Positions 10,960-20,200 of a DNA stretch of 23,664 bases are shown piece by piece. Within the stretch, counting starts at the first letter, position 1. The number at the start of each line of letters is the position of its first letter. Below the pieces are notes generated by a model. The model saw nothing but the letters and a program-made list of their open reading frames with translations, made no database searches and was not told where the DNA came from. Source of the stretch: Octopus sinensis (Eukaryota); NCBI RefSeq assembly GCF_006345805.1, contig NW_021836607.1:1-23664 (forward strand). The letters are read 5' to 3'. A program made the translations under genes and the position numbers.

Positions 10960-13038
10960 GATGCGACTTACCCCACCCTCCCAAAATTGCTGACCTTGAA
11001 CCAAATTTTAAAACTATTATTTATGACTTGGACGAATTGTTTAAGACCACCATCAGCGTGGAATGCAATAGTTAAGAGTTTTGTTTGTTTGTTTTTTCCT
11101 TTTATTCGTTGAAATGCTTATTTCCTTTGACTGCAACCTTTGTTTGCCATGAAACGAGGAGAAAAGATATACATTGTTGTTATTGAAACCTGTTCAAGGC
11201 AAATGGGTGGCACCTCATTAATTAGAATTACAAAACAGTGGGAAAATATGTTTAAAAAGGAAAATGAAAAATAAACAATAATGAATGAACAAAAGGGCGA
11301 GTGGACGTGTGGGTGCGGAGGACAAAAAATATAATCTAAAACATAGCAAAAATAGAATGAAAAATTGTAATATTTACCAAAAGAACTCCGACTCGGAACG
11401 TAACATTGCCAAATCCTGATGGTTCTAAAGGAAATAAGTTACTTAGAATGGTGAGGTCATTCACTCGGTTCCACGTAGCCACTTTTTTCTCGAGTACACG
11501 CCCGTTGTTGTCATCTTGTATCATACTGAACATGTTGTAAGCAGAGTTAGCGCTGAATCCGTCATCGTCGAAAGATGCCGAAACGAAAATTCCGGAAGAA
11601 TGTTTCTAAAAATCGAAAAAATGTTCGGTTATTGTATATAAGAGATTTTTTGGGTCATGGATTTTCGTCAGTCATAGATAAACTACGGCCCGCTGGACTT
11701 TCTGATTTCACGAGGAAAATAGCATTTATTAATCCCTTCCAGTAATGATGTTAAATAGTTATCAAAAACTGGAATTGGTATTTTCTGCAAGTTACGTTGC
11801 CTCGATAAACTTGACATATCCTAACAGAAAGTATTTTCAAACACGGCATTCCTCAACAAAAATAGATTGGAAGTAATGCATTTCTAAATCTCTCAAAGAG
11901 ATTTATGCAGTAGCAGCACAATAAAGTGATAGTGTGTTGTCAACTTAATGTGACAGTCCCATAAAAAGGAAGAATGCTACTGTTATTTAGCCCTAGAGAT
12001 TTGGAAATGTATTATTTCTATTTTCAAAATCAGTGAATGTATTTCACTTGCAATATATATGTTTTCAAAGGCGGATAGGCATCGACAGCTAGCAAGCCAT
12101 GCAACTCCAGACTGATGATGAGCAATGACTAGTCTCTGAGTGCTGGTTTTGTTGGGTGTAAGTGCTTATTTTCACCTTGAAAACATAAGGACACAGGAAA
12201 TGTGTCAAGTCCAACAGGAAATAACAATAGCATTCTTCCTTTTCATGGGACTGTCACATTAAGTTGACAACATACTATCACTTTAAAAGATAGATTGGTT
12301 TATAAAACTGCTTTCCGCAGTTAGGAGTAATGTAATTTTCAGTGGATATGAAAGGTTAACAGATTTTTTTTAAAGCAGAGCAGCCCACGTGATGATGCGC
12401 CATGGCTCATGCGATCAGCTCTCGAAAAACGTTAGCCATGCCTGATTTAGACAAACGCTAAAGATTACGGTGGAGGTAATTGTGGTTGTGGTGATGGTGG
12501 TGATGAGATGTAGTGCGGTTAGTTTTGGTTGATTACGCTGCTATTTCCAAATCCAAGGAGCAATGTGGGATCTAAAAACAGTTTTAGAAATTCTCACTAG
12601 ATTGTTAGAAATACTCTGCTGTATTTGTTCCGACTCTTTATTCAAATTCTGCCGCGGTCAACTTATCCTTTCATCCTTTCGAAGTAGATGAAATAATTAC
12701 CAGTTGAACACTGGAATCGATGTAATCGACTTACACCCTCCCCTCAAAAACTACTTTCCCATTTCTTGCCGGGTGTCTTCCCAAAACCTGGGGCAAAGAA
12801 ACTCATTGTATTTTCTTTTTCTCTTTTCTCTTTTACTTGTTTCAGTCATTTGACTGCGGCCATGCTGGAGCACCGCCTTTTTTTTTAGTCGAGCAAATCG
12901 ACCCCGGGACTTATTCTTTGTAAGCCCAGTACTTATTCTATCGGTCTCTATTGCCGAACCGCTAAGTGACGGGGACGTAAACACACCAGCATCGGTTGTC
13001 AAGCAATGCTTGGGGGACAAACACAGACACACAAACAT

Positions 13039-13075
<37 letters not shown>

Positions 13076-13375
13076 CATATATACGACAGGCTTCTTTCAG
13101 TTTCCGTCTACCAAATCCACTCACAAGGCATTGGTCGGCCCGAGGCTATAGCAGAAGACACTTGCCCAAGATGCCACGCAGTAGGACTGAACCCGGAACC
13201 ATGTGGTTGGTTAGCAAGCTACTTACCACACAGCCACTCCTGCGCCTATATACACCGATAAACACACCAGATTGTTCATTTACAGTCATGTGATAGAATA
13301 AGAAGGAAAAAGCAGGGCAGGAAAGACAGAGAGAAAAGGAAAGAAGCAAAAAAGAAAACGGAAATTTATTATTAC

Positions 13376-13406
<31 letters not shown>

Positions 13407-16203
13407 TATTGTCTTTGCACAGCTTCTAACGCTGGACATGTACTACGGTGCCAGTTGTTCACTACCAGTGAACTAAGGTAACATCCCTTATTTTTCAAGT
13501 ACCATCCGGAGTATTCGAGAGGTTGCAAGCAGTGGTGTTTTATGCAAGTACTCCACCCTTATTGCAGCCCATATTTGTTTCATGTGCTTCTCAAGATTTT
13601 ACTCACTGTTCCCAGGGTTCCGACAATTATTGTTACTGCTACCATCTTTTTCATTGACCACAAATGTTTAACCTCCCAAGCTAACCTGTCATATCTGTCA
13701 ACTTTTCTTTCTTCCTTATTGCATACCTTGTTGTCAGCTGGGCATGTTATATCTATGATCCAGCATCGTTTGCTTTCTTTCTCAATTAACACTATATCTA
13801 GCTTCCTGTTCTCTATCTCATGGTTGCACTGAATCATAAAATCCTCCTCCTCCTCCTCCTCCTCCTCCTCCTCATTATTATTATTATTATTATTATTATC
13901 ATCTTTTTCAATTTTGTTTTCATTTCTTGCCGAATGTCTTCCTGTTCCTTTACAAAGTCATGTGATAGAGAAAAAGAGGAAGAAAGACAGAGAGAAAAAA
14001 AAATAAAATGTAAAGAAATAAAATAAAGCGGAAAAGGGAAAGAAAATTCACAGCGACTTCTCAATACGTGTGACGTAGCAGTTATTAGAATCTTTTGCAC
14101 CTTCTGTATGGATGGTAAACCAGGGATCATTCTTAAATAATTTTCAGTTCCTGTTTTGATCATTCCAAGTGCTCCTAGAATCACTGCTATTGTAAATTAT
14201 TATTATTATTATTATTATTAGTAGTAGTAGTAGTAGTAGTAGTAGTAGCAGTAGTATCATTATTGTTAGATCTAGGGTGCCGCCAAGCTCTCACAGCCCT
14301 CCACTTGTCGTGCAATGCGGTCGGTTCATGTCTCAACATGGCTTTCTATAGAAGATTAATGGTAAATAAGAGAGACTGCATTCTCAGGAAGACTTTGGTC
14401 GGCGAGAAAAATCAAATGGCTCGTCTGTTTCGGAGAGGATTTCGAGCAGGGACTGACGGATAATTTTCAGAAATTATTAGCCTAGCAGTATTACCGACGT
14501 TATTGCCGGTTTGGGATAAACTCTACAGATATGGTAATGCCGTCAGCTGTGCCTGCAGTGATGCGTACAGAACGACGAAACCGTTATGCACGCGCTCGTA
14601 CAATGCTCGAGCATTCCTGATTTGTGGAGTTATGGCGAACAGTAGCTATCCCGTGTAGAAAGAATCCGGCTACTGGCCGATTCCATTGTGAAAATCGCCT
14701 CACCACCTTCTTTTGGCGGGAAGCTTCCCGTTTCGACCAAGCCTTTTTCAAGTGGAATCTGAAAGGGAAAATGAAGGTTGAGAGGGAGATTCTCTTCCCT
14801 TGTAAAATTGTCAAAAGTTGGGTGCAATGTAGCGAGAATAATGCTCCTGTTGGGTTGAATAACTCAGGATCTGTGAGATTCCTTGGTTGCCCTTAACGCT
14901 CTTTTGTATCAGGAGGATCTCATCATCGTCATCCCGTCGATATTGTCTTTGCATCGTCCATCAACCCGGTGACAAATAAAAGAAATCATGATGATGACGA
15001 TGACGATGACGACAATGATGTTGATGATGATGATGATGATGATGATCATGATGATGATCATGATGATGATCATGATGATGATCATGATGATTATGGGATT
15101 TTGACACTGAAGATGGTGGGGATGATGATGTGGTAGTGGTAATGGAAATGTTTACCTGCAAAATGTCAGCCTTGACATGTTCAGTAAAGTTTTCCTTGCC
15201 GGTGTCGGCTGTTATTCTGTCTTTCCTCATAAGCTCCGCTATTGTATTGGCAAGCAGTATGACGGCATCAGCAATGTATGCATCTATTAACTTGAAAAGC
15301 AATGAAAGCCAACAGAAAAGAAAGACCTTGAGAAATACGATGGGAAATATGAATTCTCTCATAATAAATCGTGTACAGTTGCACCAGCAATATTAAGTGG
15401 TGTGAATGAAGTAGTTAGGTTAACCTAGCAATAGTTAGTTCATTTTTAATAGCATCGATTTAAAAAAAAAATCTAACAAGAGACAATAATGTAGTTAAGT
15501 AAAATATATAAATTTGTCAATGTCTAATATATTAAGCACGGGAGGTAACTCTGGAAGTGTTTCGGTTTTATTAGTTGCTCGTTAGGAAAACATAGACTCT
15601 ACAGTAATTTATTGAATAGTACAACATTCATTCCTGATAAATAGTTTCGTCAGTCGAGCCATAGAGAGAAATTCTAAGTTGACGGTCGACCTATAAGAAA
15701 TGATAGCTAAAATCCCCCTCAAACTCCACCTTGCTAATTTAAGAAAAGACGGAGACATCAGATTATGTTATCTTAAATCAGTAGTGACTTTATTTCACGA
15801 GGCTCCAGTACACTGAACTGGGAAGCATAAGTTGTATCTGTTATTCAAAGGACCAGCCTTGTCACACTTTGTGTCCAGCTAAATCTCCCTCAGAACTATG
15901 TTAAATGTACGCATGTCTGTGGAGTGCTCAGCCACTTGCACGTTAATTTCACGGGCAGTCTGTTCTATGGATCGGATCAACTGGAATCGTCATCGTTGTC
16001 GTAATGGACGGAGTGAGAGTTACGCGCACGTGTTTGTGTGTGTGTGTATGTTTTTCTTTTTTTTTTTTTTTTACTTGTTTCAGTCATTTGACTGCGGCCA
16101 TGCTGGAACACCGCCTTTAATCGAGCAACTCGACCCCGGGACTTATTCTTTTGTAAGCCCAGTACTTATTCTATCGGTCTCTTTTGCCGAACCGCTAAGT
16201 AAC

Positions 16204-16240
<37 letters not shown>

Positions 16241-17199
16241 TCGTCATCATCATCATTATCATTTAACATATGTTCCATGCTGGCATGGGTTAGACGATTT
16301 GACTGGAGCTGGTAAACCAGAGAGCTGCACCAGGCTCCTGTCTGAATTTGGCTACGTTTCTACGGCTGGACGCCCTTCCTAACACCAACCACTCCAAGAT
16401 ACATACATACATACATACATACAAACGAACATACATATACATATACATACATACATATATATATATACACATACATACATACATATATATATACATATAC
16501 ATACATACATACATATATATATACACATACATACATACATATATATATACACATACATACATACATATATATATATACACATACATACATACATATATAT
16601 ATACACATACATACATACATATATATATACACATACATACATACATATATATATACACATACATACATACATATATATATACACATACATACATACATAT
16701 ATATATACACATACATACATACATATATATATATACACATACATACATACATATATATATATACACATACATACATACATATATATATATACACATACAT
16801 ACATACATATATATATATACACATACATACATACATATATATACACATATACATATATATATATATATATACATATACACATACATACATACATATATAT
16901 ATACATATACACATACATACATACATATATATATACATATACACATACATACATACATACATATATATATATACATATACATATACATACATATATATAT
17001 ACATATACATATACATACATATATATATACATATACATACATATACACATACATATATACATATACATATATATATACATCCATGAGATTAAAATGCATG
17101 CCTGCAAGTAAATGTTATTCCAACAACAGAATTATTAACGAAAATAAAATTTCAATACACCGAGATTTAAAAAGTATTTGCTGTCATTGTCCTGGATAT

Positions 17200-17241
<42 letters not shown>

Positions 17242-20200
17242 TGTGCGCGTGTGTATAAAAAATAATGATGCAGGATATCTATGGATGGGTCTATTTTATC
17301 ATAAGTCAACTTGATTGGAACTAATCTGGCGTTAAGCAATCATAATTCTTAAAAAAACTTACCGTCATCTGAGGTTTCACGCTTATTTTGTAGCTGCAAC
17401 TAGTATTTTGAGCGCGATTCCACGATTTGCGAATAATTAAAACGTTTCGCCCAATGGCCGCGAGAGTTCCGTTCGCAAACATGGAATCTACAGTACCATC
17501 GGAAGACACGATGATCCAGTACATCTTACTTGAATGGATATTGAACTTGGAGGCATGTTATTGAAATCAAAAATTTGTGGCGATTAAATATAAACAAAGA
17601 AAATGACAAAAATGCACAAAGATACTAAAAATTAAATATTACAGATCTCTAAGCAATAAAGATTATAGACTGGGACACAGGTGTGTGGCCCCGTGATTAA
17701 TGAAGTGGTTTCTCGGTCGTAGTCGTAGGTTCGATTTTCGCACCCGGTGACGCGTTGTGTTCTTCATTTCCCGTTGCTCCAGCATAGTTAGCTGGGGTTT
17801 AACCCTGTAACAGACTGGTTTCCCTTTCAAGGCAGAGGTGGATGGAAGTTTCAGTCTTTGAGCCTAAACGCCTTGGAAATCCGCATAAGACCAGCCCCAT
17901 GAGTCTGTTAGCTTCGGTAAACTACTAATATCATGTCGATATAGCTCAGCAAGTATGGGAGGCAACTCTAATGACATTTTGGTCTTGTTATGACCTCATC
18001 AGCAAAGTATACAAACCTCACCGAAATAAAATCTTTATAAAGAAGCTTTTAAACAAAGACTGGATTCAGAGGAGAGAGCGAAGGCTGTTACACTTCACCC
18101 CAAACCATTGTATTTCTGAATGTGGTCCCCAGTTAAGCAGACACATGGGAAAAGTGGGAAAATAGATCAATGGAGTACACTTCGACCTACATACCGTTGA
18201 TCGTCTTCCACAGGATTTGATCTCAGAACGTATGGAATCGAAATAAATACCACAAGGCATTTTTTCTTAACTACCCTGTCACTACGCCTCCCATATCCCT
18301 GGTTTATTTGTTTGCCTTCACGTAGACCCATAAACGAGATTGTATTCTTTAAACGGTGAGACTTACCACATTGAAAACATGTCTAACAAGCGACGGTTTC
18401 ATCAAGAGGAGATAATAACTGTGTTCAAATGTCTTCGTTTCTGATAAGAAAATCTCACTAAGGTCGTCGTCCGCTTTATAAGGCCTTATTCTAATGTAGT
18501 TGTCTGATATTTTCTGGAACAGAGGGTCACTGGCTGTTTCTGAGCTGGATTCATCAACCAATATAGTCAGCTAAAGGTAAAAACAAAATTTGCTTTTAAA
18601 AATAAGTAAACTTTGGCAAATGTCGTCTTCTTTAGCCTTGGTTTGACCAAAGTCTTATTAGAGGAATTAATTTCGCAGACGGAAAATTGCGGAATGATAC
18701 CATCGTATGTGTATGCGTGTATATGTATGTGTGTATGTGCATGTGTGCGTATATTTAAATCACAATATAATTCGGTAGTACTCATAAAAAAAGGTATCAT
18801 TTTACAAAGGATGTAGCTTAGTTTCTGCATTGTTTTAAACGATCATCTGAATTAATGCAAACGTGTAATTTATTCATTATTCAATGTAATAAAATAAATT
18901 ATCTTCACATGTTTTAAGTTACGAAAAAATTTGTCTCGATTTATGAATTTTCCTGTGGTTAAATAAATTTCATCATACTAGTTCTCTCGTCGGATCTTTT
19001 CCTTTTGAACGGCACTTTGTAACATAATTTCTAGGTAACTAAAAAGTTTTAAACTTCGTATACTGGTAGAATGTGCTTATAAAACATCATTTTCTCTTGG
19101 TTTTATTGAGAAAATTCTATAGTTTGTAAGATATTTCGTCTGAAATTTCGAGCATTTCGGCAATTTTAACCAATCGATTACCTCCATTGAGCTAAAATCA
19201 TTTGCTGCGTCTAAAACTGAGAAAACATCCTGTCACTAACCCTAAACCTCCTCCTAACACTAAATTTTTTTTCTTAATTGTTAAATTAATTTAATTGTTA
19301 CGCGTGTAAGAAAAAACGTACGTATACGGAAAGCGTGTGTATAAAATTATAGAATTATTTTGTTTGTTAATTGTTTAAATCATTTTCCATTGCTTTCGTT
19401 TTTTTACACGCGTAACAATTAAATTAATTTAACAATTAAGAAAAAAAATTAAGGTTAGGGTTAGGTTGAGGGTTAGTGACAGGATGTTGTCTCAGTTTTA
19501 GACGCAGCAAATGATTTTAGCTCAATTAGAGGCGATTCATTGGTTAAAATTCGAAAAATTAAACTACGTTAAACAAACGAATTACAATTTTATCAAGAAA
19601 GCCAAGAGAAAAAATGTTTTATTTTGACACATTCTACCAGTATACGAAGTTTAAAAGTGTTTAGTTAACTAGAAATTGTGTGCCTCTCGTCATTTATAAC
19701 TTTATATATTTATATGAATATAGGCGATGAACTGGCTGAAACGTTTGCGCGCCGGGCGAAATGCTTAGCGGTATTTCGTCTGTTCCTATATTCTGAGTTC
19801 AAATTCCGCCGAGGTCGACTTTGCTTTTCATCCTTTCGGAGTCGATATAATCGACTTAATCCGTCTGTCTGTCATTGTTTGTTCCCTCTGTGTGTAGCCC
19901 CTTGTGGGTATTTAAAGGCGGTGAGCTGGCAGAAACGTTAGCACGCTGGGCGAAATGCGTAGCCGTATTTCGTCTGCCGTTACGTTCTGAGTTCAAATTC
20001 CGCCGAGGTCGACTTTCCCTTTCATCCTTTCGGGGTCGATAAATTAAGTACCAGTTACACACTGGGGTCGATATAATCGACTTAATCTGTGTGTCTGTCC
20101 TTGTTTCTCCTCTCTGTGTTTAGCCCCTTGTGGGTAGTAAAGAAATAGGTATTTCGTCTGTCTTTACGTTTTAAGTTCAAATTCCGCTGAGGTAAACTCT

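Noticed and set aside
16290-17265. Longest ORFs in the track (218-305 aa, Y/I/H/T or M/Y/V/C rich)
   Set aside because: Translations of the TA/TACA satellite, which lacks stops in several frames; no coding signature.
19440-19480. TTAGGG-like tract as an interstitial telomere or fusion site
   Set aside because: Only about four degenerate units, mirrored in the other arm of the foldback, so it is part of the element.
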